Shown here: positions 12,749 through 25,586 of the stretch, in pieces
Layout of the letters: the number at the start of each line of letters is the position of its first letter
How positions within the stretch are numbered: the first letter of the stretch is position 1
DNA from: Octopus sinensis
Taxonomy: Eukaryota
NCBI RefSeq assembly: GCF_006345805.1
Contig: NC_043009.1
Location: 26,536,001 to 26,600,000 of the forward strand
Length of the DNA: 64,000 nucleotides
Direction: 5' to 3'
Made by a program: the position numbers and the translations under genes
Notes under the pieces: model-generated
What the model was told of the DNA's origin: nothing
Database searches by the model: none
Seen by the model: the letters and a program-made list of their open reading frames with translations, nothing else

Positions 12749-13389
12749 CATTGTTGACATTCCAACGGTGTTCAATGTCTCGTCCAATGACAACGATTTA
12801 ATCTTCAGAACGGGACACTGATTCGCGTGAAACCAGGATATATCCATACCCCAAGGGACCCGTGCGTCACTTGTGTGAGAGTCAGCATTTCTCTACGTCC
12901 AGTATGCCTTAGCCCAACACTATTTCTTGCAATCTGGCCCCTAGCCGGAACATTTGACATATACTACAACCCTGGGACCAGAGCGGACATAGGTGTAGGG
13001 GTAGCTAAGAAATAACAGTACTCTCTCCAAAACTTCTGAACTCCCGACCTGGAACTCACTACCTGTTGTATTTTAATGTCTTGGCCAGGACAAGCTAAGG
13101 TACCCGTTAGCCTTCGTTAAAGCATGTCTCTCGGAGAATGATAGCTTGATATGAGACCAGATGTACGGAAAATGGTCTTCGTCATTTGGTGATCTCCAGC
13201 TGGCACCGAAGATGACAATGTGTCAATTGACAGCAGATATGTTGTAACAATTAATTAGGCGCATCAAGACCTTTCGGAATATATCTTCTAGAAGAATAGC
13301 CAAGAACATAAAATTTGAGACTAGCAATTGGTTTCAAAATACCAGTTGTTTCTATTCTGATGCTTATCAGAACTGTCGTGTTTTGCATG

Positions 13390-13742
13390 GTGGGTTGGCA
13401 GAAATGTTAGCACGCCGGGCGAAATGCTTAGCGATATTTCGTTTGCCGTTACGTTCTAAGTTCAAATTCCGCCGAGGTCGACTTTGCCTTTCATCCTTTC
13501 GGGGCGATAAATTAAGTACCAGTTACGCACTGGGGTCGATGTAATCAACTTAATACCTTTGTCTGTCCCTGTTTGTCCCCTCTATGTTTAACCTCTTGTG
13601 GGTAATAAAGAAATAGGTATTTCGTCTGCTGTTACGTTCTGAGTTCAAATTCCTCCGAGGTCGACTTTGCCTTTCATCCTTTCGGGGCGATAAATTAAGT
13701 ACCAGTTACGCACTGGGGTCGATGTAATCGACTTAATCCGTT
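13390..13742 (+). mobile_element. SINE family B dimer, 3'-truncated at the Tx1 junction
   Basis: Two consecutive ttcgt.tgc.gttacgttct.agttcaaattcc.ccgaggtcgactttgcctttcatcc units. Confidence 0.88.
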
Positions 13743-16700
13743 TTGGATGTCGATGGCAGCAATGAGTGTGCTTTTCGACTGATAGCAGTTTATGCTCCGT
13801 CCTTAACAGGCCGACCAGATTTCTTTCGACGTCTAGAGTCTTTCATGGGAACGTCTCGTCCTTTACTTTTAGTGGGGGATTGGAATGCACCCTGGGACAC
13901 GCATCTAGACTACGTGGGCAGAGATAGCAATTAGAAGGGGATGCAAATGCCTCAAAGACCTGCTCAGACGTTTCCAAATGTCTGACAGGTACCGACTGGA
14001 CCACCCGAATGTGCCAATGTGGACATGGAGTAACCGCATCGGGTCGTCCAGATCATACTTAGACAGAGTATTCTGTAGGACAATAGATAAAAATAGTGTA
14101 GGTTGTCCAACAATTTCATATAGTCATTTACACAGATCACAAGTTTGTGACTTGTACACTTGACTTAGATAAGACACATAGGCAGGGTCCTGGTTACTGG
14201 AAACTGAACGCGTCTTTTACAGCACGACAGGTTACAGGACCGGATCAGCACATTAGTTAAGAGAGCTTTGACGGGTACCATCATCAACAACAGATGGTGG
14301 TATGCCCTAAAAAAAGCGATGATTAAAGCAGAATCAGTCAGATACAGTAGAGCCTTAGCATTAGACCGAAATAGAATAGAGGGAGAATTAGTTAAGGTTT
14401 TAGAAGAGGCACTTAGAACTGGCATCGCGTCCAACGTACTGGCGGCGAGATTGGCCCTCGACCAACACCTCAACGCCAAACACGAGGGATGCGTTGTCAG
14501 AGCTAGGATGCGTGCTCTGAGGAACGAAGGAGTTGGAGCCGCCCAAGAGGCCCGAGTGGTGGAGACGCAACGAGGCAACAGAGCCACCATCAAGTCTCTT
14601 ATAGATGAACAGGGGCGCGAATTGCTCGAGCCTAAAAGGATGTGTGGGGTTTTCAACAAACACTTCACCCAACTGTTTGGGACAAGTGGTGAGTCAGAAA
14701 GCAGAGTGGACTTTAGTGCCTACCTGCATGCCTTGCCACGACTCTCAGCAAGGGGTGAAGTCTTGTGAAAGCCTATCACAGCTGCGGATGTACAGGATGC
14801 GATGGTAGGCTGCGCGAGAGACAAGTCACCAGGCTTGGATGGTCTGCCTACGAATTTTTATTTCATATGCCAGACTTGTTTGGAGGCGTCTTGGCAGCTG
14901 TCTACTGCAACTGGCAGCAGCAGAACGGGAGTATTCCTGCTTTTGTAAAGCGAGGAGCAGTGGCACTGATCAAGAAAGACCCAAACAAGGGGGGACGTCA
15001 TAGATAATTTCAGGCCCATCACTCTGCTCAACGCAGATTTGAAAATTTTGGCCAAGGTGTTAGCCGAGAGGTTGGCGCTTGTCATCAAGAAACTAATCGA
15101 CAAGGCGCAAACATGCGCCGTGCCGGGTAGAAGTATTCATGACAACCTCCATCTGATGCGCTACATCTAGACAGGGTAGTTAGTTAGACGAGGCGGGGAT
15201 GCGGGAGGAGCGTGTCTGCATACGCGGATGACGTCACCGTCATAGTGTCGAGCTACGAGCACATCGAGTGGTCGGCGAGACACTGAAAGAATACGAAGCG
15301 GTAACGGGAGCAAAAATTAACCGGGGGAAAAGTCAGTGGGCTTGCGGCTCGGCACCTGGGAAGAAGCAAGCCCATGCCGTCCAACAGCGTTCCATCGTGG
15401 GACGCTGGACGGACGGACCGGTTAAATTGCTCGGGGTCTGGTTCGGTCCGGACTCCAAATGGAGAAGAAATGGGGCGAGATAACGACTAGGGTGGCTACT
15501 CTCACCCAGAAATGGAGAGAGAGAAAAGCTATCCCTAAAAGGTCGGGCGGAGGGGGCCGAACGCGTACATCGCACCGTCATCGAGTATCGTCTGACCGTC
15601 GGCTTGTCCCGACCCTACCATCACCAAACTGGAACGCATTACTCTTCCGCTTCTGTGGAAGGGAAACGTTCCGATGGTTAGGCGATCCATTGCTGCCAAC
15701 ACCCGCTAAATGGAGGGCTGGGCATGCCGTGGTGGGTTGATGATGCGCAGACATTTGAGTTGAGACTGCGACATCTCCGGCGCTTCATAGACAACGGTGA
15801 ACAGGGGTGGTCGCCTTTGTGCGGCGCGCTTTCCCGCAGCTCGTTTCCTTGGACGAACTACAGTCGGATCAAGCAGAGGACCGAGGCTAGGCGAATGGCA
15901 CCGCGAGTGTCGCGTTGCTCTCAAGCAAACTCTGCCGTCCGGGATCGAACTTGTGCGACTCCATCACAACAAAGGCATTCTATAGAGGATTAGTGGAGGG
16001 GAGGTGCGACGACGAACTCGGGCAGAGTCTGGGCGTCGACGAGGAACACCTGACCCGCCTGTTCAGGACAACTTTCGGGCCGCGGGACCTATGAACAATC
16101 ACCAAAGATCCCTGGCCTGGCAGTAGTGCTATCGAGAAGCATTACCTGTTCGGGATAAGCTCTACAGACACGGTTCCAGACACACTGGACCGACTTGCCC
16201 GAGATGCGGTCAGAGCGACGAAACCGTTCTGCAGCAACGTGCGTGCAATGTCCAACCATTTCCGGACCTGTGGGCTTATGCCGAACGGCTGCTGCTGTCA
16301 CGTGTGGGACGAATCCGGCCTATCGGCCGAGTCTATCGTGAGAATTGCTCCGCCCCCTTCCCTCAACCGGGAAGGCAAGGCAGTTTTCATCGTACTGGTG
16401 GCCATGGTGAAAGAATGTGTGTGGTGGACTCGAGCGAAAGGATTAGAGACAAACACTTACCTCTCTGGCCAATCGCTCATCAACTTTTTCAAGTACCACT
16501 TGAAAAGGAAGGTGAGAATGGAGAGGGAAGTTTTGTCTCGCGAAAGATTCAAAAAAAGATGGGTGAATGTTGCAAAGATGGTGCGTGCTAGTAACGAAAC
16601 CATTTTGAGCATGATCCTGTAGATCGTAACAAAGGAAAGAAAGAGAGCATTTTTGACCTCATGTGTTTATTTCCTCCCGACTGGGGTTCCCGTGGTCTTT

Positions 16701-16802
16701 TCTGTAGGCTTTTCTTCCCACGGATGAAACCCAATTTGTTATATCAATGTTTACACCATTATTTCTGTGATACACGATTTTCCTTTTTTCCTTTTTTTTC
16801 CT
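13740..16802 (+). mobile_element. Tx1/L1-clade LINE, 3' segment (endonuclease C-terminus, RT, zinc finger, partial 3'UTR), frameshifted
   Basis: FRLIAVYAP, LVGDWN, SYLDR, WKLN, KSPGLDGL, NFRPITLLNADLKILAKVLAERL, AYADD (~15219-15233), CPRCGQSDETV; stop at ~16622. RT domains 3-4 appear deleted near 15180. Confidence 0.92.
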
Positions 16803-19462
16803 CCTACCCTCCGGGTCTAGGAAATTTGCTCTTACTTTGAGATCCAGACTCTTCCGGATAAGCACCGCGGTGCCACCTCCGCCCATTCTCGGTAGACACG
16901 GAGAAAAATAAATGTTGAAATGTGTACCGAAAATGTGCTGGAGTGCCGCAAGCTGTGGAGTTGGTCTCACTGATGGCTATGATATTCAGATTTAGTGACT
17001 TGATGTCGTTAACAGGTAGCCTTGTTTCCAAGGCGACCCAAAGCCACGTAAATTTATACTACCTATTCTGAGCATGTCCGATAAAAGTGCAAAAAAGGAA
17101 AGAAGGGAGAGAAAAGGTTACTTGTTTTTCGAAAGTTCTTGTCTTTCACCTCACGGTCTTCTTCTATGAGGCTTATACAGTTTTTTCGATGAGTACTTTT
17201 GAAATCTCCCTACGCATCAGGGTAAAGAGATTTCAGGGTGCTGTATGTGTTCTGTGTCACGTGTATTATTTTAATGTGTTGTGGTGGTGTTGTAGTGTGG
17301 GGGTGGTTACTTGTTTTTATGTCGTTTTCAGTAATGTTAGTGTTTGACCTAATGTGTTCCATTAGGTCGTGGTTGTTTGTGTTTATGGCTGTCAACATTT
17401 TTGGGGGGTTTGATGATGGTGTGTTTGTGTTGATGTGTGTGTTTCTGTGGATGTTTTTGTTTCGGGAGTGGTGTATCTTCCCGCTTTGTTTGTTATTTTT
17501 TCTTTTCTTTTTTTTCCCCTTTTTCTTCTCCCCCTGTGGCTAGTTGCCAATCTTCCGTGTCTTCTTCGTCTAATGACAGATCAGACGAATCGGAGTCTGG
17601 AAGAGGGAAAGAATTGGGGTCTATTGTCGACTGTGTTGGTTTTGTTGTTGGTGTTGGTTGGTGAGCGTTTGGTTGTGGTGTATGCGGTTTTGGATGTGGG
17701 GTTTGGGTATTTGTGTTTGAGTGATTGTGGGTATTGTTGTGTTGTTTAGGGTCTCAATTTTGTGGGGATTTGGAGTTGTAATTGTTTCTTTATTTGGTGG
17801 GTGTCTTTTTGGCAGATGTCCTTGGTTTGGGAGTTGGTATATTCTTGGTGTTGTTGTTGGTGATGCTGCTTCTGTCTTGGTGCTTTTGCTGCAGTTGGTT
17901 GTGTTTGTTTGGTGAGGTTTGTTCCTGCAAAAAGTGGTGTGGGTAGTAAACCTTGTTATTTGTTTGTTTCCGGCTGCTGTTGTGTTGCTGTTGTTTTCTG
18001 CGGCAGATTTGCAGTCTTTTTGAGGTGTTGCTCACTGCCGCATATGTAGCAACGTGGTCTTCTGCCATCGACGACCACATATAACTTGTGGTCGTCTGAT
18101 ACACATATCTGGGTGGGTATTTTTTTTATATCCTCATGATGTATATGTAGAAGAAATTCTATTTTGTCCCACCCAGTTTTTATGCTCTGTGACTGTGGTT
18201 TCCCAAAATAGTATAATTCGCCATTTTTACGCATAGGCCTTACAAGCCATAGACTATTGGCTATTTTGGGGACATTGTTTAGAGTGATCTTAGTCACTTT
18301 CTGTCCCCGATAGCTTGGTGTAAGTTGGAGTTCATCTGAGTGAAGAGTTAGCGTTGAGAAATGTCTAGCTAACTCTTCGGTGTAGAAAACAACTTGTATG
18401 TGGGCAAATTTGTTCCACCAGGTTACATATTCTTTGTGATCCCAGATGGGTTCAAGCACTTCTCTATTTTGCTGTGTTGGCCTTCTCTGGGATTTTGTTT
18501 TTTTGTTAACTATTTTATAAATGATTGTTCGTCTTTTTCATTTTCCAAAATATCTTCTGGTATGTTTATTTTACTATACCTTTGATTCTGTTATTTTGAT
18601 GTTCGTGTCCTGTATTTGTTGAGTCGTAAGTAGCCGTAAAGTATATTGTTGTTTTTTTTTCTTTAATCGCCTCAGCGAAATTTGTTGTTTTGTTATTGTT
18701 GTTGCTTGTGGTGATGTTGTTGTTGGCTGCAGTTTGTAAAATTGGTGTGTTTGGTTCGATCGTGCTAGTAGGAAGGGGTGGAAAATGCCTGCGTACTTTA
18801 GTCCTGCACTAGGGCAAAATTCGACATTTCGTTTTTGTCGTCGTTATTTTTTCACTTGTTGGTGATGGAGTGAGCAGTGGTTGAAGGGAATTGTTGTTGT
18901 CGTCGTTGTTGTTGTTGTTATTGTAGTCTTGGTGACGGCGGTGGTGTTGGTAGTATTAGTAGCATTGACGGCACGGTCTTTGGTGGCGGTGATGGTGATG
19001 TTTTATTGGTGGCGATATCTTTAGTAGGGATAGCAGTTTAGTAGCAGATTCTGCCATGGTGTTGTTGGTGGTGGTGGTGGACTCACTGATGGTGTTGACG
19101 GTGCTTGGCCTTGCGACCTTTGTTTGTATTGTTGCTGTTGGTGGTGGTGGAGTTGTCAGGTTCGGCGTATGCTAACAGAGCATCCTGTTTTTCGTTTCTG
19201 CGTCACGCTTCACTTGCAACTCAGCCTCGTGGTGGCCAGTGGCCATTTTGGAAATAAAATGGCTAAATGAAACCACGAAGGCTATGAGAATTTTTCTTTA
19301 AATTTTGCCCACAAGGGGCAAAATTTTGTGTCGATATTTATCAAAGGTTACAGTGGATGTTGTTGCACAACTTTTAAGCACAAAATGTTTGTCAATATAC
19401 ACTTTTAAATGGTCAAAATAAATGATTACCTTCGGAGCTGAAACGACATCACATCCGTCAGA
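16803..19462 (-). mobile_element. Tx1/L1-clade LINE, 5' segment (5'UTR, ORF1, start of ORF2 endonuclease)
   Basis: ORF2 ATG at 17075 leads (with frameshifts) to LNIIAISET and GGGGTAVLIRKSL..FLDPEGR; ORF1 upstream; the 5' end abuts (TATC)n at 19463. Confidence 0.88.
17080..19246 (-). pseudogene. Tx1 ORF1 (gag-like, zinc knuckle), frameshifted
   Basis: Putative ATG at 19246; T/P/N/Q low-complexity arms; RPRCYICGSEQHLKK becomes a complete CX2CX4HX4C if one A is restored in the homopolymer at ~18017-18021. ORF end approximate. Confidence 0.72.
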
Positions 19463-19473
19463 GATAGATAGAC

Positions 19474-19532
<59 letters not shown>

Positions 19533-19537
19533 CAGAC

Positions 19538-19582
<45 letters not shown>
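19463..19582. repeat. (GATA)n microsatellite between two Tx1 copies
   Basis: Seen directly. Confidence 0.97.
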
Positions 19583-20712
19583 TGTTTCTTTATTAGCCAC
19601 ACAGGGCTGCACACAGATAGAACAAATTACAAGGTAGAGCTTTTCTTTTGAAGGTTTTTAAAATAAAAAAAAATAAAAAATAAAAAATAAATAAAAAATA
19701 AAAAAAAATTTAAAAGAAAGGGGGGGGAGTCGATCAAATCGGATAGCGAAAAGAGAGAGAAAGAGGACAAAAAAAGGGGGGGGTTAAAAAAAAAGGGGGA
19801 GAGGAAAAAAAATTGATCAATAGGGATCGTTATCACAGAAATGTCAATATGAAGTGTAAAGGGGAGGACAGGTGAGGTTTAACCGTGGAAGAAAAGCCTA
19901 CGGAAAAGACCACGGTAACCTCGGTCAATGAAGTCACATGTTATATTCTTTTTTTTTTTTTTTTTTTGCAAATAAGCAACTCTCTGTATTAATTTTTACG
20001 GTCATAGAATCATAGTCAAGGTGACTTCGTCATTCATACGTGCCATCCTTGCTACATTCACCCATTCTTTTTTAAAACATTCACTAGACAAAACTTGCCT
20101 CTCTACTCTCACTTTCCTTTTCAAGTGATACTTGAAGAAGTGATGAGAGATTGACCAGAGAGGAAAGTGTTTGTCTCTAATCCTTTCAGACGCGTCCACC
20201 AGATACATTCTCTTCGCCATAGCCACAAGTATGATAAAAATAGCTCTTCCTTCCCGTTTGAAGGAAGGAGGCGTGACGATATTAACGATAGACTCGGCTG
20301 ATAAACCGACACGTCCCACACGTGACAGCAGTCGTTCGACATAAGCCCACAGGTGGGAAATTGCTGGACACTGCACGATTGCGTGCAGAACGGTTTCGTC
20401 GCTCTGCCCGCATCTCGGGCAGGTCGGCCGTGTTTCTCGAGCCATGCCTATAGAGCTTATCCCGAACGGGTAGCGCTTCTCGGTAGCACCGCCAGGCCAG
20501 GGATCTCTGGAAGTTGTCCATAGGTCCCGGGCCGAAAGTCGTTTGAAAACAGGCGGGTCAGGTATTCCTCGTCGACGCCCAGGTTTGCCCCGAGCTCGTC
20601 GTCGTACCTCCCCTCCACTATCCCCTATAGAATGCTTTGGTTGTGTTGAAGTCACTCAAGGTCGACCCGGGACGGCAGAGTTGCTTGAGAGCAACGCGAC
20701 ACTCGCGGTGCC
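19583..20712 (-). mobile_element. 5'-truncated Tx1 LINE (second subfamily) with complete 3'UTR and AATAAA
   Basis: CPRCGQSDETVLHAIVQC..FKYHLKRKVRVER..MIL* is homologous to 15896-16622; AATAAA at 19589-19594; (TATC)n on both sides. Confidence 0.92.
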
Positions 20713-20797
<85 letters not shown>

Positions 20798-20810
20798 CAG
20801 ATAGATAGAC

Positions 20811-20857
<47 letters not shown>

Positions 20858-20862
20858 CAGAC

Positions 20863-20939
<77 letters not shown>
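20713..20939. repeat. (GATA)n microsatellite
   Basis: Seen directly. Confidence 0.97.
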
Positions 20940-21122
20940 CAGACGAGTATGCTTGTGTATATGCATGTGTGCATTTATGATTCATTGATACGTACTTAGT
21001 GTGTGCGCGCGCGCGAAACGGAGAGCGTATGTGTATGTATGTATTTATGTATACAAGTGTCTCCAATATTCGTAATAAAAATCACAGCTTATTAATTGCA
21101 TATGCATGCACAAGAGTTTGTT

Positions 21123-21175
<53 letters not shown>

Positions 21176-21313
21176 ACGCATTATATATACAAATGTATAC
21201 AAATGAGATATATATCTGTATAAATTAAATTAGAGATAAAACCACTAATAGGCAAATCAAACAGTGAAAAACCAAAAACAAAAACATAAAGAAAATATAA
21301 CATAGAAAATATA

Positions 21314-22327
21314 TCTATATATATAAAACTGTAGTTGTGTGAGTGTCTGTCCCCTTCGATTTAGATTCCTAACTACTCCCAAATTTTGCGGTGCAGTTTA
21401 ACCAAATTCGGGTATCTTATAGTCGTGATTCATATCGAGCCCGTCTGGGTATTAGCGCGCGTCTACGATGAGTGTACGATTTTAAAAATAATTTAACATC
21501 ATTTTTTATTCCATTTTAATGCATATTTTTCGTGTGTCGATGGCGGCGGAGTTGGCGTCCACGCTCACGCCTGCACCTGTGTTGCTTCTCCCCCTTCTTC
21601 CCTCCCTCGTGAAGCTGTGGGGGGGAAGGGAGTGTAAGGAAATCAACGTCGTAATGCGTTGTGAAGGAGACCAGCGTTCTTTTAGAACAACGACTTCATG
21701 GCTTGAAGTCGCCAAAACAGAAATCGCTAAAAAAGCTGAAACAGATCCACAAAAACGGCAAAAACCGCCACACGGGGCAGGTTTCCTGTGCAAACAATTT
21801 GCACAACCGAATGTTTTAGTTGTTGCACAAATCTTTATATATAAAAGTAAGGTTGTGTGTCTGTCTCCTACGATTTAGATTCCTAACTACTCCCACATTT
21901 TGCGGTGCAGTGTAACCAAAACCGGGTATCTTATAGTCGTGATTCATATCGAGCCCTTCTGGGTATTAGCGCGCGTCTACGATGAGTCTACGATTTAAAA
22001 AAAAATTTACCATAATTTTTTATTCCATTTTAATGCATTTTTCGCTATTATATAAGGGAAGTAACTCTCTAAAAATGTCTACGATGAGTCAACGATTAAA
22101 AAAAAAATTACCATCATTTTTTATTCCATTTTATGCATTTTTCGCTATTATATAGGGAAGTAACTCTGTAAAAATGTCTACGATGAGTCAACGATCTAAA
22201 AAAGAAATTACTATCATTTTTTATTCCATCTTTAATGCATTTTTGCTATCTTTTTGCTATAACTCACTAAAAATGCTTATATAGTTATTTCCTTACAAAC
22301 CCGAGCAACGCCGGGCGATACTGCTAG
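21314..22327 (+). mobile_element. Composite non-autonomous Helitron
   Basis: 5' TCTATATATATAAAA; 3' hairpin CCCG-agcaacgc-CGGG followed by CTAG; inserted between A and T with no TSD; second 5' end at 21832; ~105-bp internal tandem repeats at ~21975-22260. Confidence 0.88.
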
Positions 22328-22479
22328 TAAAATATAAAAATTGAAAACTTAAATTATTTAAATTGAAAATAAAAATTATGAAATTATATTTATATTTGTT
22401 TTTGTTTAAAAATATATATAAACTATGAAAAAGTATGAAAAAGTTTAATATACATAAATACAGATATATACACTTTGTA

Positions 22480-22692
22480 TATAACATTATATATACATAT
22501 TTATATATAGAACACACACACACACATACATTATATATACATATTTATATATAGAACACACACACACACACACACATACATTATATATACATATTTATAT
22601 ATAAAAACACACACAAACACATACATTATATATACATATTTATATATAGAACACACACACACATACATTATATATACATATATATATATAGA

Positions 22693-22722
<30 letters not shown>
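22480..22722. repeat. Compound minisatellite, ~5 units of about 45-55 bp (tatatagaa(ca)n tacattatatatacatatt)
   Basis: Seen directly. Confidence 0.8.
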
Positions 22723-22725
<3 letters not shown>

Positions 22726-22989
22726 AATGAACGCAAAGAATATCTGATTCATAATATTTGTCTCATGCTCGTGTGTGTTGATTGTTGGTGACAGACATAT
22801 ACTTCAAAGAACGCCGCCGAAGTGATAGGAAGGTAGGAAACAGAGTCAGTGAAAAAGAAAGGAAATAGCGATAGTGACAGATACTTTAAATAACCGTAGT
22901 GGCATTCTGAAAGTTATAAATGAAGAGGAGTGGCAGAGTACTGGAGGAAATAGGGTGAGGTAGGAAGATGGCCCCTAGAACCACAGCTT

Positions 22990-23120
22990 TTAAGATAGGG
23001 ATTTTCTAAGGTAGCCACGCGCATCGTCACCTCATTCTACATGTCCGTGTAAATTTGGATCGATCGGACGGGATGTAGTGGCATTGAAAGCGAACCAAGC
23101 GGTAAAACGCATTTCAGTTT

Positions 23121-23130
<10 letters not shown>
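22990..23130 (-). mobile_element. Probable Helitron-like 5' fragment
   Basis: Minus strand reads TATATATAAAACTG..ccgatcgatccaaattt, similar in style to the Helitron 5' end at 21314. Confidence 0.4.
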
Positions 23131-23152
<22 letters not shown>

Positions 23153-24395
23153 AATATATATATATATATGTAGATAGATAGATAGTTAAACAGATAGACA
23201 GACGGACGATATATATACACATATACACATGGTTGGAGGGAGGGAAAGTAAAAGAAAGTGGGTGGGTGGGTGGGGAATAGAGAGCTGGAGGAAGAAGAAA
23301 GAGAGAGTGGGAGGTCATCAACACACACACATACACACACGTGTACATATACATTAAGAACAAACTTACTTAGAAATGGATGCGTGCGTTCTGTCGCGTA
23401 ATAACAAATTAATAAATAAAACATATGCATATATACATACATATATGTATGTACCTACATCTACATGTATATATACATGCACATATATATATATATATAT
23501 ATAAAGAAGGAAGGTACGAGAGCCAAAACTAGACTCCCTCACACACTTACACACATACACTGACGCACCCGCACAACCCACACACACAACTCCCCGCCAC
23601 GCCCCCACATACACACATAGACACATACACACACATTTAATACGGAGCTCATTTCCCTCTTTTTCTGTGGACCTGTGTGTACATCTCTCCTTCTCTCTTC
23701 CTATCACCCCTTCTGTCACTCTCTCCCCCTCTCTCTCAATCGCTCTTCCCCACCATTACAGACACAGATACACACACAACAAAACACACCACACACACGC
23801 ACACACACACGTACACACACACACACACAATTACACACACGCCCTCTCAGCCACTTCCAACGGCGAGCACGGTGGATTTTTATGTGTTTATCGTGACGCT
23901 GAACAAGCTGAGAGATCGAAGTCGGGGAGAGCGATGGGGGGGGGGGTTATATTGCTATCGATCAGTAAATCTATCTGGAAAAGGATGGAGGCGGAGGCGG
24001 GATGGGAGGGAGGCATCGTGTGAACCTTTGACCTGTCTTGTCATCAAGCTGTTTAAATGAGGATTATCTCACTGACCGTATTGATTACGGTGACCTGCAA
24101 CAGCAGATTATACAGATGTGTGGTGTGTGTGTGGTGACTGTGCTTAGGAATGAGCTGTGTGTTGGTCGTGTCTGCGGCTATTTGTGCGGGTGTGGAACGA
24201 CTTTTACACCCAATCATTTGTCTCCGTTATACGCAGAAGTGTATGTATGTATGTATGTATGTATGTACGTATGTATGCATGTATGTATGAATTTATATAT
24301 ACACAAATAGATAGATACATATATACATGTATTATAATATATATATATATATATATATACATGTATATATACGTATATATGTATATATATATATA

Positions 24396-24436
<41 letters not shown>

Positions 24437-24477
24437 TGTATATATATACACATGTATATATTTATAAATACATGTTG

Positions 24478-24516
<39 letters not shown>

Positions 24517-25014
24517 GCATATATGCATACACACATATGTGCGTATTTATATATATATATATATGTATGCATGTCTATGTGCGTGTGCGTGTGTATGTGT
24601 GTAATAAAACGATGTTTCTTGTTGAACCCCATAAACTTGGTGATTAGAGATAAATTTTTTCTACATTTTCTGCCAAATCACCATTTCAGATGGTTTGAAT
24701 AACAGGGATTTATGGCATACAGACACGGTGGAGGCGGCGGGGGTGGAGGCGTGGGAGTGGAGGCGGCGGCAGACAATGCGGTGGTGGTGGAGATTGCAGC
24801 GGTGATGCTAGTGGTTGTGGTGCAGGTGGTTGCTGTAGCGGTTTTAGTGCTGTTACAGGAGTTGGTGGAGCCGGTGCTAGAGATGGCGGTGGTAGTAGTG
24901 ATGCTGGATCAATAATATTTCCAAGCGTGACCAACCCATTTCTAAAATACAGGGTATCTAGGAGTTACATTCCCTAACGAATAATATGTGAATTGAGGGA
25001 AAACTAAAATATTC

Positions 25015-25586
25015 TTTTCTACTCTAGGCACAAAGCCCGAAATTTTTGGGGAGGGGGCCAGTCGATTAGATCGATCCTAGTACGCAACTGGTACTTAATT
25101 TATCGACCCCGAAAGGATGAAAGGCAAAGTCGACCTCGGCGGAATTTGAACTCAGAACTTAACGGCAGACGAAATACCTATTTCTTTACTACCCCCAAGA
25201 AGCTAAACACAGAGAGGACAAACAAGGACAGATAAACGGATTAAGTCGATTATATCGACCCCAGTGCATAAGTGGTACTTATTTAATCGACCTCGAAAGG
25301 ATGAAAGGCAAAGTCGACCACGGCGGAATTTGAACTCAGATCGTAGCGGCAGACGAAATACCTATTTCTTTACTACCCACAAGGGGCTGAACACAGAGAG
25401 GACAAACAAACGGATTAAGTCGATTATATCGACTCCACTGCGTAACTGGTACTTATTTAATCGACCCCGAAAGGATGAAAGGCAAAGTCGACCTCGGTGG
25501 AATTTGAACTCAGAACGTAGTGGCAGACGAAATACCGCTAAGCATTTCGCCCAGCGTACTTACGTACGTTTCTGCCAGCTCGCCGC
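25015..25586 (-). mobile_element. SINE family B trimer
   Basis: Three cgaaaggatgaaaggcaaagtcgacc units, with the head (gccagctcgcc) at ~25575-25585. Confidence 0.88.

Noticed and set aside
12779-12815. Minus-strand guuCUGAAGA...gacGAGAcauUgaac hammerhead-like motif
   Set aside because: The GAAA box is mutated and stem II pairs poorly; at most a decayed relic.
21519-21878. 119-aa ORF inside the Helitron
   Set aside because: No Rep or helicase motif recognised, and it crosses an internal element junction.
24710-24934. Pro-rich / Gly-Val-rich ORFs
   Set aside because: Degenerate (GGT/GGC)n trinucleotide repeat with no splice or domain support.
25015-25586. Regularly spaced direct repeats resembling a CRISPR array (also 2935-3820 and 44701-44812)
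   Set aside because: The intervening sequences are homologous to each other (SINE multimers or transposon terminal repeats); eukaryotic context, no cas genes.
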